Assembly (NCBI GenBank): GCA_002269645.1
Contig: NIVC01001866.1
Coordinates: 57,118-121,117, forward strand
Source of the DNA: Macrostomum lignano
Lineage: Eukaryota
Reading direction: 5' to 3'
Length of the DNA: 64,000 nt
Shown here: one piece after another, positions 30,980 through 50,545 of the stretch
Layout of the letters: each line of letters begins with the position of its first letter
Position numbering within the stretch: position 1 is the first letter of the stretch
The notes under the pieces: model-generated
The model's database searches: none
Seen by the model: only the letters and a program-made list of their open reading frames with translations
What the model was told of the DNA's origin: nothing
Made by a program: the position numbers and the translations under genes

Positions 30980-32325
30980 TCATCACCTTAGTCTAGATCT
31001 CACAGCCAACAGACTCAACCTCACTGGCTCTCATCACCTTGAGTCTAGATCTCACAGCCAACAGACTCAACCTCACTGGCTCTCATCACCTTGAGTCTAG
31101 ATCTCACAGCCAACAGACTCAACCTCACTGGCTCTCATCACCTTAGTCTAGATCTCACAGCCAACAGACTCAACCTCACTGGCTCTCATCACCTTAGTCT
31201 AGATCTCACAGCCAACAGAATCAACCTCACTGGCTCTCATCACCTTAGTCTAGATCTCACAGCCAACAGACTCAACCTCACTGGCTCTCATCACCTTGAG
31301 TCTAGATCTCACAGCCAACAGACTCAACCTCACTGGCTCTCATCACCTTAGTCTAGATCTCACAGCCAACAGAATCAACCTCACTGACTCTCATCACCTT
31401 GAGTCTAGATCTCACAGCCAACAGACTCAACCTCACTGGCTCTCATCACCTTGAGTCTAGATCTCACAGCCAACAGACTCAACCTCACTGGCTCTCATCA
31501 CCTTGAGTCTAGATCTCACAGCCAACAGACTCAAACTCACTGACTCTCATCACCTCAAGTCTAGATCTCACAGCCAACAGACTCAGCCACTGACTCTCAT
31601 CACCTTGAGTCTAGATCTCACAGCCAACAGACTCAGCCACTGACTCTCATCACCTTGAGTCTAGATCTCACAGCCAACAGACTCAGCCTCACTGACTCTC
31701 ATCACCTTGAGTCTAGATCTCACAGCCAACAGACTCAACCTCACTGACTCTCATCACCTTGAGTCTAGATCTCACAGCCAACAGAATCAACCTCACTGAC
31801 TCTCATCACCTTGAGTCTAGATCTCACAGCCAACAGAATCAACCTCACTGACTCTCATCACCTTGAGTCTAGATCTCACAGCCAACAGAATCAACCTCAC
31901 TGACTCTCATCACCTTGAGTCTAGATCTCACAGCCAACAGACTCAGCCTCACTGACTCTCATCACCTTGAGTCTAGATCTCACAGCCAACAGAATCACCT
32001 CACTGACTCTCATCACCTTGAGTCTAGATCTCACAGCCAACAGACTCAGCCTCACTGACTCTCATCACCTTGAGTCTAGATCTCACAGCCAACAGAATCA
32101 CCTCACTGACTCTCATCACCTTGAGTCTAGATCTCACAGCCAACAGAATCAACCTCACTGACTCTCATCACCTTGAGTCTAGATCTCACAGCCAACAGAA
32201 TCAACCTCACTGACTCTCATCACCTTGAGTCTAGATCTCACAGCCAACAACAGACTCAACCTCACTGACTCTCATCACCTTGAGTCTAGATCTCACAGCC
32301 AACAGACTCAGCCACTGACTCATCA
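30980..32325. repeat. 51-52-bp minisatellite (GAGTCTAGATCTCACAGCCAACAGACTCAACCTCACTGGCTCTCATCACCTT)n
   Basis: About 25 units directly visible, ending about 135 nt downstream of the GALNT stop. Confidence 0.97.
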
Positions 32326-32459
32326 CCATGATTTTTAATTGATGCTAACAGCCATCCTTGACTAATATGCTTTACGATTTCGATATTTAACTTTCTTTCT
32401 AAACTAATTTGGCGATTCAAATTGGCGCCCAAAATCAGTAATCGAATAGACTTGGATTA

Positions 32460-38970
<6,511 letters not shown>

Positions 38971-39444
38971 GGCTCAGTCACAGTCTGAGCTGATAAAATC
39001 TGAACAACTCGATCGGACGCCTCTTCTTAACTCAAAAACTCGGTGTTATTTAGCTGAGCCACGCTCTGAATGGAGTAGCAACGAGATTTCGGCATACTTA
39101 GACAGGCAGGCTGCGTGGCAACAGCTGCGGTCTGCACGGAGTGGACAAACTCCAATCGATTGAAATAATAATAATCCCAATTCTCCGATCCCTAGAATTC
39201 TCCGATTTTCCTTCCCCGATCCCCCGTGACCCTAGGGTATTATTTCCCAGTGTGCGCAGGTGTGAGACTTTCAAGCATTGAAATCTGCTGCTCAATAGAT
39301 TCAGAGAGCTCAATCATACTATACTACTAGCTAGTAAAACGCAACTGGCGATACATGTTGTAAAATATAAACCAAACATTGCCTGTGTATACTATTTTTA
39401 ATTTCAGTTTGCTTTCTCATTGTGACAATATTAATGATAGCAAC

Positions 39445-39739
39445 TGCTTACACCTGCCCCAATCGGGCCAGATGTGCAACCGACAGCTCAGCCGCAGCTA
39501 TTGCGCAGCAAAGGCTGCGTATGGCTGTTCAGTCCAAGGACTGGGGGCTGGGGGGGTCGCCACACACACCCTCAATTACCCCAGCTAATGCTGGCACCCA
39601 TTTTACAGCTGGGTGAACTGAAGCAATGCAGAGTTAAGTGTCTTGCTCAAGGACACAAATTGTTCCAAATGGATCAAGAATTGAACCCCCAACCTTTCAG
39701 TTGTGAGTCTGATGCTCTGACCACTAGGCTACAACCCCC
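39445..39739 (-). mobile_element. tRNA-derived CORE-type SINE (family 1), fuller copy
   Basis: Reverse-orientation homologue of 18694-18950. The plus strand CCCATTTTACAGCTGGGTGAACTGAAGCAATGCAGAGTTAAGTGTCTTGCTCAAGGACACA closely resembles the MIR CORE consensus as recalled. Confidence 0.87.
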
Positions 39740-42700
39740 TCCTCATCCTCATTTTCACATGCATGCACACTAGGGAGGGGTTGGTGCTCATTCTTATGGA
39801 TGAAAATTGTAGAAGCCCCAGTCCATGCATAAACCCCAAATAAATATGGCCAAGTCATAAATTACTGCCAGTTTTGGACTAGTTACATGTAGAATAAGCA
39901 GAGTAAATAAACCCTTACTACATCATTTCTAGTGCAAAATCTATTAAAAACTTTCAATGTGATTGTAAATTATTTATTTAGAAGGAAAAGTAACAAATAA
40001 CAAATAATTACTATTATATTTCATAAATAAATGTTGTCAAGAAAAAATTGGTTGATTTAAAGATTGCATACATATTAGCTACTTCCATTAACATTACTTT
40101 TTGATAGAGCATTTGTAACCTTAAGTTATAGTCTTAGTAACTTGACTAACACTAATTATAACAAAAGTTACTTAGCCCTAAGAATACTACTCCTAATAAA
40201 AATTACTGCAACTACATTATTCGAATATTTGATAGTTACTATTCATTATATTTTATAAGTGGTATTAATATGGATTAATAATTATGCATTAATTCATTAC
40301 TTTATAAGCTTACTATAGGCTATATTAAAATAGTATGAAATGTTTTGTTAAACTGATTTTAAAAGCTTAGCAAATGTTTTTATAAAACAAGGTTTTTATG
40401 AAGATTTAGTAAATAAAGAAATTGCATACACTTCTAGTTTAGTATAAAAACAAAAACAAATGGTATTGGGTACTATCAATAAAAATCTTAACTCCATTAA
40501 TATTAAAAGTATTAAGATAAAAAAATCTTAACTAATTAACTTTTAATTTTATAATTTCAACCTTAATTTTAACCCTATTGCTGTATTAGATAGAGACTAG
40601 AAAAAAAAATCAAAATGGGCACAAAGCAAATTTTAACTGAAATATAGAGCTACCCTTCTATTTCTTCTTGGGTCTTTACCTTCCAAAATCTACCTCTCTA
40701 CAAATTTTTACTTAAATGCCACACTCTGGATCATGTAGTATATACCCAAAAATCTGGGCATGCATTGGCTTTGAATGCCAAAAGTGCACAGTTAGCATGC
40801 AGTACTTCTAAGAAAATAATGTGCATACACTTTATAGAATCAAATGGAAGAGTTAATATTAAGTGGAAAAAATGAAAAGTTCATTTTTAAGAATAAATTG
40901 CAAGCCTTCTGGTTTTTAAGCTTGTGATAAAGCATTTGAACAAATGTTTGTTTGTATCAATTCCACTATTAATAATATTGACAAGAAAAATAAATAGTCA
41001 ACCAAATTTTTAGCCGAAAATGGTCCTTTACTTTAGGCACTCCATTTTTGGCATATATTTGTAAGTAGTCAATTTTTGTTCAGGCATGCACCTAGGTCTA
41101 GCATGATCCAGACTATGGCACATGTGTCTTTATAATAGTATAATTATTAATTAATTAGAGCCTAAAAATAGAAAAAACACAAAAATATTGATATTAGCTA
41201 TTACTCAACATTTTTTCTTGTTTTTGTATTTATTGTTCCATATAATTTGAATTCATTTTAATTTTTATTAACAAATTAAACTTTTACTATTAAACCATAT
41301 AAATAGTTAACACTAATGACTTCATATTTTATTATTTTTCACAATCACATGAAAATAATTTAATACAATAAAGTAGAAGAAAAGAACATTGCCTTCATTG
41401 TAGTTCCTTTTTGTAACAAATAAGGTGGTGTCATATTATTTGGCAATATTATTATTGGCATGGTTAGGCCTAATCATGGTAGAATAGCGGGTTGAATTTC
41501 ATTGCAATTAAGTAAATTAACTTGTATTTTAAAAAATATGGTTGCTCTACTAGTCTACTACAATTTATAGACCATGTTTGCAATTGTAATTATTCTTGAA
41601 AAATTGAAACTAGGCGCATAAAAAATATAAAGTTATTAGGCATACCTTTTATAGAAAAAAATTAACTCAACAATAAGACAAATATGCTTGACAAACTCTC
41701 AAAGATGAATAAGCCTCAAGACAAGAAAGGTGGATATGGATTCTATGAAAACGGTTATTCGAATCTGTCAAGGAGCGGTAAGTTTTTTTGCGTTACGAAA
41801 TCAATTTACGAAATCAATAAAAAACAATTACTTGATTATTAATGGCTAAATTAAATGGAGAAAGAAAATTGATATCAATTCGATAACTAATCTCAGCATT
41901 CTTTCACAAAAGCTGGCTAGTTTAAAAAAGGCTGATTTAAGCTACAATACACAATCGGATGAAAATGGTCAAGCAGAAAGCAGAAATTTGTTGAGAGGTG
42001 GATTTTGGAGGGTTAAGACCCAAGAATGGATAGAAGGGTGGCTCTATATTTTGATAAAGATTGTAGAGATTCTCTAAAGATATACGGCTAACAAAAAGCA
42101 ATTACCATGCTCATCATTTAAATATTAGCTAGTTTTTTAAATAAAAAAGTAGAAGTCACGGCATTCCGTTCAATGTTAAATCAAGTGTCACGTGACTTTT
42201 ATTTAGCACAAAAATCTATTTGTAGCAAGTAGTTTTACGGCAATATTCAGGCTTAAAAAGAAAATTTTTCTTTTAAACAACATTTACATGTACAAAAGTG
42301 GGTTCTGATTAGCATTTACATGTAGCCTGTAATCATTGTAATAAATTATAAATTTTAATATAGAAATGCTGCTCTGTACAAACATACATGAGTTGTCAAC
42401 AAATCATATATGATTAGGTCAAACATAATAATAAAGTTTATATACATGCAGAAACTGTGTGTAGCGTAAGAACAGCTACACAGGACCTGCATGTAAGCGG
42501 TTATGAATGGGCATCACTTATTATAGTTCATATTAATTACATGTAGCCCGAATAGTATACATGTAACTGTGCTACCATAAGGACCACTAGCTAAGTAGTC
42601 AAGTAGTTAAGTAGTCCAGCTTGACTGCTACATTATACCCAATGGCCATGACCATAATGGGGGTCTAGTTATAATTTTACTGCGAATTTCTAAGCTTCAA

Positions 42701-43731
42701 ATGCAACAATTGAGTGCTCGATCAAGTTCAGTTTTACAGTTTTACAGAATTTACGTTAACATCATATATTACGTACATTTCGACTAATCTGCGGAAATTC
42801 TGGTCGAACATCTATCCCCTATTTCCGTTTGCACTGGCAGCTGCTGCTTGCACCAGCGCAGCGAAACATGCATCGTTTAAAATGCATCTGCAAGCATCTC
42901 AAAGAGATTGAAAGCTTAGCTCTTCGCTATACAATGTAATTAGTTTCCGTGCAGAACCGCATTGAGGACAAGGCGCTTTAATTCGCGCTATAATTTTAAC
43001 CCGGACTATACAGGAACAGCTAGGGCAGGGGAAATTCTCCTTGTACTCTCGCATGCGAAGGCTCAAATTAAGATAAAAGCAGTGCAGCTGCCCCTGCCCG
43101 ATCCGCAGACGCGGGCGGGAATTTGAAACGAGAAATCGATCCCGATGCAGTTCTCTCTTATTGCTTGCAGCTTGAAAGAAAATTGTTTATGCACATAATG
43201 GCGGGGCGGACAGCTAGGAAATTTTGCAGCATGCAGGAGCATTGTTTAGACGCTTTTGAAGAATGTTAATTAACTGAGGGAAGCCAGGCTTTAAGGGGGG
43301 AGGAGTTTTTCACGTGCTTCTCCTAGCAGAGATTTCACCTACATGTATTAAATTTGGTTCAAAAACGTGTTCTAAAACTGACTGACGGGGATTAATAATT
43401 GCCAGGCTGCAACGACTAGAAGGCGCTTGTGCATCCCGCTCGGTTTCTCCGCGTTCTAAACTATAATATACAGGAAGCTCAAAAGCTCAGTCTGCACTGA
43501 TGCAGTGGCAGCAGATTGTTTCTAATAGCCCCCTAGCGTTCCTCCAGCTTTTGTTCAACAAACATACTGTACAGATGGTACTTCTAGGGTGTCATTTCCT
43601 ATTGTGGCTGAAGCTCGCTTAATGCGCTCGGAGGGTTTAGATTTAGGGTTACTAAACAAGGGTTAGGGTTTTAGGGTATATAGTGTGACTGTCGATCCGT
43701 ATTTTTAAAGGGTTGGGTGTTGAATGGGTGT

Positions 43732-44455
43732 CCGGTCCACAGAATTGGATAGGGATAGGTGTCCGGTCCACAGAAGGATTTAGGGATGGTTGTCCGGCCC
43801 ACAGAAGGATTTAGGGATGGATGTCCGGTCCACAGAAGGATTTAGGGATGGATGTCCGGTCCACAGAAGGATTTAGGGATGGTTGTCCGGTCCACAGAAG
43901 GATTTAGGGATGGATGTCCGGTCCACAGAAGGATTTAGGGATGGATGTCCGGTCCACAGAAGGATTTAGGGATGGATGTCCGGTCCACAGAAGGATTTAG
44001 GGATGGATGTCCGGTCCACAGAAGGATTTAGGGATGGATGTCCGGTCCACAGAAGGATTTAGGGATGAATGTCCGGTCCACAGAAGGATTTAGGGATGGA
44101 TGTCCGGTCCACAGAAGGATTTAGGGATGGATGTCCGGTCCACAGAAGGATTTAGGGATGGATGTCCGGTCCACAGAAGGATTTAGGGATGGATGTCCGG
44201 TCCACAGAATTGGATAGGGATAGGTGTCCGGTCCACAGAATTGGATAGGGATAGGTGTCCGGTCCACAGAATTGGATAGTTATGGGTGTCCGGTCCACAG
44301 AATCGGATAGGGATAGGTGTCCGGTCCAAAGAATTGGATAGTTATGGGTGTCCGGTCCACAGAATCGGATAGGGATAGGTGTCCGGTCCAAAGAATTGGA
44401 TAGTTATGGGTGTCCGGTCCACAGAATCGGATAGGGATAGGTATCCGATCCACAA
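43732..44455. repeat. 31-bp minisatellite (GTCCGGTCCACAGAAGGATTTAGGGATGGAT)n and variants
   Basis: Directly visible. Confidence 0.96.
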
Positions 44456-45749
44456 AAGGACTGGGATGGGTATCAGTCCACAAATTGATATTGGTGGGTA
44501 TCAGAAAAGAATGGAATTTGTATATCAGTTGGACCCTTACATTTTTAAAGGCCAATTGCATTGGTAAGAGCCACCAATGATTACAAGCCTGCAGCTCCAA
44601 AATGTTAATGGCAGTCAACAACAATGATGCAAGGGTGGCCGGCTGGACACTAAACCAAAAGGACTTCCGTTGGCCCTTATGTGCTTAGGGCTCATAGGGC
44701 TTTAACATTGTGAAAAAAGCAAAAAATTTTCGGATAAAGCACCTAACCCTGAATCATAAGAACAGATCGAAGGCCACATACATATAGCCACTCAGACCAA
44801 GCGGCACCCACGGTATAACTCAGTCACTTACGGCACGCTACATTCTGCTTGACAACTTAGAATTCATTCATAATTATATTAAATGGATTCACTACATCGC
44901 ACAATGAATTCACAATAATAAAATTCACAATTTCACACGACCAGAAAAGCTTTGCTTCAAACAGAAGAAGTACTGAAAGCCAAAAAGTCGCATTTCTTTG
45001 GAATGAAGCTTCGCTACGTAATACGTTTGCTTTTACCCTACTATTAGTAGTGTTAGTCTGGGAAGTGTGTGTTAAGGTAAGGTAGGGAATTCCTCGGTTT
45101 TTTAAAAATAAAAAGCTGTTCTTTTTGATCATTGAAATCGATTAAAATTATAAATACCATTTGCGTATGCGCTTTTTACATATTGAACGAAATCGAACGA
45201 ACTCAGAAAGCAGATCCTTTTTGAGAGGTCTTGGGTCATGCAGAATATAAAAGACAATAATGGAAATAAGAAAAAAAAGTTAGAGTTGTATATAGAGCAC
45301 TCACGCCCCTAAAGGGAGTCACGCCCCGTTGAATACTAAAACACATATTTATTTATTTAGTGTAGACCAGACGGATAAATTGCTTCTTAATATAGCTCGT
45401 ACAAGAACAATGCAAGCTGTTCAAGAGCCTTGGTAGTTTAAATTTACTCTTAGTATAGTATAGCCAAATATAAGGCAGTACTATCCATTTTTCCAAAGGT
45501 TTACATCTGCACCGACTTTTTCCATCTTCATGCAGGCTCACTTCTACAAACGCCGTAACTACCCTACCCTTAGTTGCTTTCACGTTTCAAGATCCAGCAC
45601 AGTGCATTGTCTATGGAGAACTTATCGTTCACTATCAGAACTTTTTGATGTAACTAGTAAAAAAAGTAAAAGAGGCTGCATAAAAGTCGGGATTGTGTTA
45701 CATGTAGTTTTTGGTTAGTGAAACTGCATGCTCAGAAAAGTGGGGAAAT

Positions 45750-46185
45750 CTGTAATTTGGGGGAATGTGTATTTTGGGAAACGTGAAACTTGGGGAATGA
45801 GTAATTTCGGGAATGTGAAATTTGGGTATGTGGAATTTCAGGAATGTGTAATTTCAGGAATGTGTAATGGGGGAGTGCAATGTGGGGAACGTGTCATTTG
45901 GGGAATGTGTCATTTGGGGAATGTGTCATTTGGGGAATGTGTCATTTGGGGAATGTGTCATTTGGGGAATGTGTCATTTGGGGAATGTGTCATTTGGGGA
46001 ATGTGTCATTTGGGGAATGTGTCATTTGGGGAATGTGTCATTTGGGGAATGTGTCCTTTGGGGAATTTGTCATTTGGGGAATGTGAAATTTTGGGAATGT
46101 GTCATTTGGGGAATGTGAAATTTTGGGAATGTGTCATTTGGGGAATGTGTCATTTGGGGAATGTGTTCTTTGGGGAAATTTGGGA
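45750..46185. repeat. 16-bp minisatellite (GTGTCATTTGGGGAAT)n; second copy at 50835-51270
   Basis: Directly visible in both duplication units. Confidence 0.95.
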
Positions 46186-47176
46186 TTGTGACGTCGGGTG
46201 TCATTGTGGAACATGAGGCGCCCTTCTATTAGGCGCTTGTTAATTAGTTGAGCAAAGCACCCCTTGAAAGTTTAACCCCTCGGATTAGCTACTGAATGAA
46301 TCGATCCGGGTCCTCTGGCACATGAGTACGATGCAATACCGCCTGGGAAGGCGGAGCTGCTCATCCAGAGTAGCAACTATTCTTAGTTTGGATGACGCGC
46401 AGACGGTTTTTGATTTGAGGAATTTTTGTTCCCTCGCTATACGGTTCGATTTGTGTCGAAGCCGGGGAGTTTCCCATTTCATTAGAAGAAAGGGGATTCC
46501 GGAGCACAAAATAAACGATGCTGCCGTTATTCGTTTCAGATTTTCAAGCGTACGCACAAAAATATCCAACATTTTCGTCATTATTTCCTATCCAAGCAAG
46601 CACGCAACACTCGGTAAGTAAAACAGCCACATGCGACTTTCAATATCTATCGATTGTTTGAGCAGCTTGTTAGTGAAATTTTCTACTAGGTGGCAAGCCA
46701 GAGGCGCATGTGTAAAAAATTTTGACTTTTGTTTCATATTTTCACACGAGGGACGCTCTGAGGGATTATGCAGTGCAATACGGCTAAACTAGCCGTCTGA
46801 TTCTTCAATTAGAAGCATCTTCTTTATACCTGAGTTTTAACTGCACAAGCCAATGTCGCTTTTCCGCGCCTTGAATGCAAGAATGAGAAATTCCTGCGGT
46901 TTTCCTCAGTTTTATTGCAAGCTCATAAGCGGCCAGCCATTGATCGACAGCTCAGCCAATAGAATTTGAGCCCAAGGAAGAATATTTTAAGCCGCGAAAG
47001 CAGCAATAGGAAGGAAGCGCAGACGGAGCAACGACGGATAGCGAGCAGTCAGATTGGTGTCTCGCCTGCTTCTTGCGAAAATTTCGACACAAAAATTGAC
47101 GAGATTATGCCTCACTAATTGACGCCAGCAGCCCTCAGCACCGCCTGCCACTGTGCGCCAGCCCCGATCAAGAATT

Positions 47177-48580
47177 ATGCAGGAGCAGCGAGTCAGACGC
47201 GAATTTCTGGACAGCCTCGATCAATACAATCGAAACCTGAGCCAGCGCCTGCGGCAGGCTACGCTGCCGGGCCAGTTCGAGCTTAACTCGGTCAACTCCA
47301 GCAGTTCGCTGCCAAATGCCTCTTCTCTATTGTCTTTCGGAGTTTGTAATGATACCAATGGGACAACGACGCTAGCAGAGTCCTCGTATCCCTCCTGGTG
47401 GGTGGACAGCCTGCGCTGGATGCAGGGCGTGTTCACCACCCTGGGCCTGGTGGGCAACTTTCTTGTCATCCTGACTCTGCTGAGGCGGCGCTACCAGTCG
47501 AAGTTCGCCTCGGCCGTGTTCCTCCACCAGACGCTCATGGACTTCATGGTTTGCGTTGCAACCTTAATACTGCTAGTGAAGCCGTCGCAGAATCCTACCA
47601 ACAATATTAGCGTAGGCTTCCTCCTGTGCCATGTGGTTGCCAGCCAGCTTCTATACTGGTACTTTGTGTTCAGCAGCGTTCAGAACCTCATCCTCATAGC
47701 CATCGACCGTTTCTTCGCCGTGTTCAAGCCAGTCAAGTACAAAATGCTCAACTATCGAAGCGCCGCTGTTCATCTTCTGGTGCTGCACGGCTACTCCCTG
47801 TTGGTGAACATCATCGACGTCTTCTCAGTGGAATTCGACGCCGATAACAATCTGTGCAGCACGGAAATCACCAGCCAGGTGTTTAAGAAGGCGTTCCGTG
47901 TGTACGGCTTTGTGTGGTTTTTCCTGGTGTACCTGGGGCCCGTGGCCGCTGTGGTTTGCCTGTATACGGCTATAATTTACCGGCTGGGCGATCGCGGCAT
48001 ACAGACCAGCCGGTTTCGCCAGCGGGCAGCCACGGAGCTGACAAAGTCTGCGGTGATCATCACAGGCATTTTCATAGTGTGCTTCAGCTACGACTGCATC
48101 TACTACCTGCTGGGCCACCTCGACCTTGTGCAGTACGTGTACAACTCGCCCACCCAGCTGATCGGGGTGGCCCTGGTGACTCTGAACTCGTGCACGAATC
48201 CGGTGGTCTATTGCATCATAATGCAGTCGTTCCGCCAGCGCATGATGTCGGCCGTGTTCTGCTGCTGCGCCAACCTGCAGTGCCCGGGTGCGTCCGCGGC
48301 CGCAGCCGATGTCAGAGGCGGTGGAAGAATCACCGGCAAGGATGGAGGTGCCGCAGCGCGTCGAGATCGCATCAGCGATGAGGACGAGGACGAGGAGGAA
48401 GACGAACTGGCAGGCAAGGCGGCGGCGGCGTCGGCAGCGGCGGGTGCAGAGGCGGGGGCAACGACTTGCTCGGCGATGGTGACAGTGACAACGGTGGAGG
48501 TTCACGCCATGGAAGTGCAAAATGGCGGCGGCTTCCTGTTAACGAGTCGAAATTCGGTCAGAAACAACGGCACGGGTTAG
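47177..48580 (+). CDS. Intronless class A (rhodopsin-like) GPCR, orphan peptide-receptor-like, copy 1 (467 aa from the first ATG)
   Basis: Seven hydrophobic segments. GN in TM1, D in TM2 (TLMD), DRF at the end of TM3, Y in TM5, NSCTNPVVY in TM7, CCC after helix 8. N-terminal glycosylation sequons. Confidence 0.93.
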   Translation: MQEQRVRREFLDSLDQYNRNLSQRLRQATLPGQFELNSVNSSSSLPNASSLLSFGVCNDTNGTTTLAESSYPSWWVDSLRWMQGVFTTLGLVGNFLVILTLLRRRYQSKFASAVFLHQTLMDFMVCVATLILLVKPSQNPTNNISVGFLLCHVVASQLLYWYFVFSSVQNLILIAIDRFFAVFKPVKYKMLNYRSAAVHLLVLHGYSLLVNIIDVFSVEFDADNNLCSTEITSQVFKKAFRVYGFVWFFLVYLGPVAAVVCLYTAIIYRLGDRGIQTSRFRQRAATELTKSAVIITGIFIVCFSYDCIYYLLGHLDLVQYVYNSPTQLIGVALVTLNSCTNPVVYCIIMQSFRQRMMSAVFCCCANLQCPGASAAAADVRGGGRITGKDGGAAARRDRISDEDEDEEEDELAGKAAAASAAAGAEAGATTCSAMVTVTTVEVHAMEVQNGGGFLLTSRNSVRNNGTG

Positions 48581-49444
48581 CACTGTCTGAGCTGCCCCCT
48601 TCCTTACCAGTATGGACAGTTAGAAAAAATCAAAATGCACTTTAGAATTTAAAAGATGTCGAAATCGAATGCTTGTGTCTGCGTAACCCTTTTTTAATTA
48701 TTTACACGTTACTGCCGTTGTAGAGTTTCTTATCAACTCAATTGGAGTCAAAGGCAAATTGTTTTTCATGCTGAGTAGCAGACTGACTAAGTTTACGCAG
48801 TTGAGTAGCCACGTGATCCGCTAGGCAATAAGCAAGGCAGCTCTGCTCAAATTCGGCTGTTTTCCCTTTCTAATTTATCGAATAAAGCGCCCGTATCCCT
48901 AGAAACTCGTTTCCTGTTGAGTTCGAGTTTTCTCTTCATAATAGTCATACGAGCTCGAACTTGGCTTCATTTGCTCAGGCTGGATGAAGCACCCCCTCCT
49001 CTCCCAGCCTCCCCAGATCGGAGACTCGGCTTTTAATCTGCGATTCTGTCTTTGAATTTGAAAAACGCAGGTTCTCCATTGATCGTTAGCTGTTGTGAGC
49101 CGCCAGTCCGGCCATCCTCAAGGAGTGGCATCGGCAGGCGCAGAGGAAATCATCAATATTCTATTAAATATATTTTCCAAGCGTTAATGCGCTCGTGACT
49201 GATTATCAAGAATTATTCCTTTTGCATTGAATCCAGAATTAGTTTGGAGAGCTACATTTTAATAAAAATTGAGTAGCAGACGCAGGTTCAAGAAAAAATT
49301 TCCGTTTTCAAGAGCAATTACGACTTTTTGAGTAGCTCAGCTCGGCTATGTGGGCAATTAGAAGTCACGTTCCGCTTATCGCCGAAGGCGTCTGGGCGAT
49401 CAATGCCTTGAATTTTTATTCGGTTTAGAAGATTTCTCAGTCAT

Positions 49445-49445
<1 letters not shown>

Positions 49446-49532
<87 letters not shown>

Positions 49533-49548
49533 CCTCTCTCTCTCTCTA
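49446..49548. repeat. (CT)n microsatellite; shorter counterpart at 54534-54583
   Basis: Directly visible. Confidence 0.97.
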
Positions 49549-49809
49549 TCATGGGCGAAGCGTCGATAGATATTGATTCGCTCTTCCCGTAGGGATGTCG
49601 CTTCTCTACAGAGAAGAAACTGAAGGATCACCTGGCAGCTCGAGAGCAAATTTATAGATCCAAATTGAGACTAACTACTGAAGCTTATGGCTTCGATAAT
49701 TACAAGGCAAATAATGCACTTTAGTTCCGTCTCCCCTGTTTAATCTGCCGTGTAAGCGTCTTTGGGACTCCCTAAAGAGAAATATTCAGGCAGTGCTTCG
49801 AGAAAGACA

Positions 49810-50545
49810 TTCTGTCTGTGGACACTTCTACGGCAAGTCATTCTGTCTGTAGATACTTCTATGCCAAGTCATTTTGTCTGTAGACATCTCTATGGCCGTG
49901 TCGGTCTGTCTGTAGACACTTCTATGGCAAGTCATTCTGTCTGTAGACACTTCTATGGCAAGTCATTCTGTCTGTAGACACTTCTATGGCAAGTCATTCT
50001 GTCTGTAGACACTTCTATGGCAAGTCATTCTGTCTGTAGACACTTCTATGGCAAGTCATTCTGTCTGTAGACACTTCTATGGCAAGTCATTCTGTCTGTA
50101 GACACTTCTATGGCAAGTCATTCTGTCTGTAGACACTTCTATGGCAAGTCATTCTGTCTGTAGACACTTCTATGGCAAGTCATTCTGTCTGTAGACACTT
50201 CTATGGCAAGTCATTCTGTCTGTAGACACTTCTATGGCAAGTCATTCTGTCTGTAGACACTTCTATGGCAAGTCATTCTGTCTGTAGACACTTCTATGGC
50301 AAGTCATTCTGTCTGTAGACACTTCTATGGCAAGTCATTCTGTCTGTAGACACTTCTATGGCAAGTCATTCTGTCTGTAGACACTTCTATGGCAAGTCAT
50401 TCTGTCTGTAGACACTTCTATGGCAAGTCATTCTGTCTGTAGACACTTCTATGGCAAGTCATTCTGTCTGTAGACACTTCTATGGCAAGTCATTCTGTCT
50501 GTAGACACTTCTATGGCAAGTCATTCTGTCTGTAGACACTTCTAC
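49810..50545. repeat. 31-bp minisatellite (AGACACTTCTATGGCAAGTCATTCTGTCTGT)n; related but different array at 54858-55075
   Basis: Directly visible. Confidence 0.96.

Noticed and set aside
41700-42090. Two exon-like segments (MNKPQDKKGGYGFYENG.../gtaag and ...ILSQKLASLKKADL...)
   Set aside because: The obvious splice gives an immediate stop, and no domain is recognisable.
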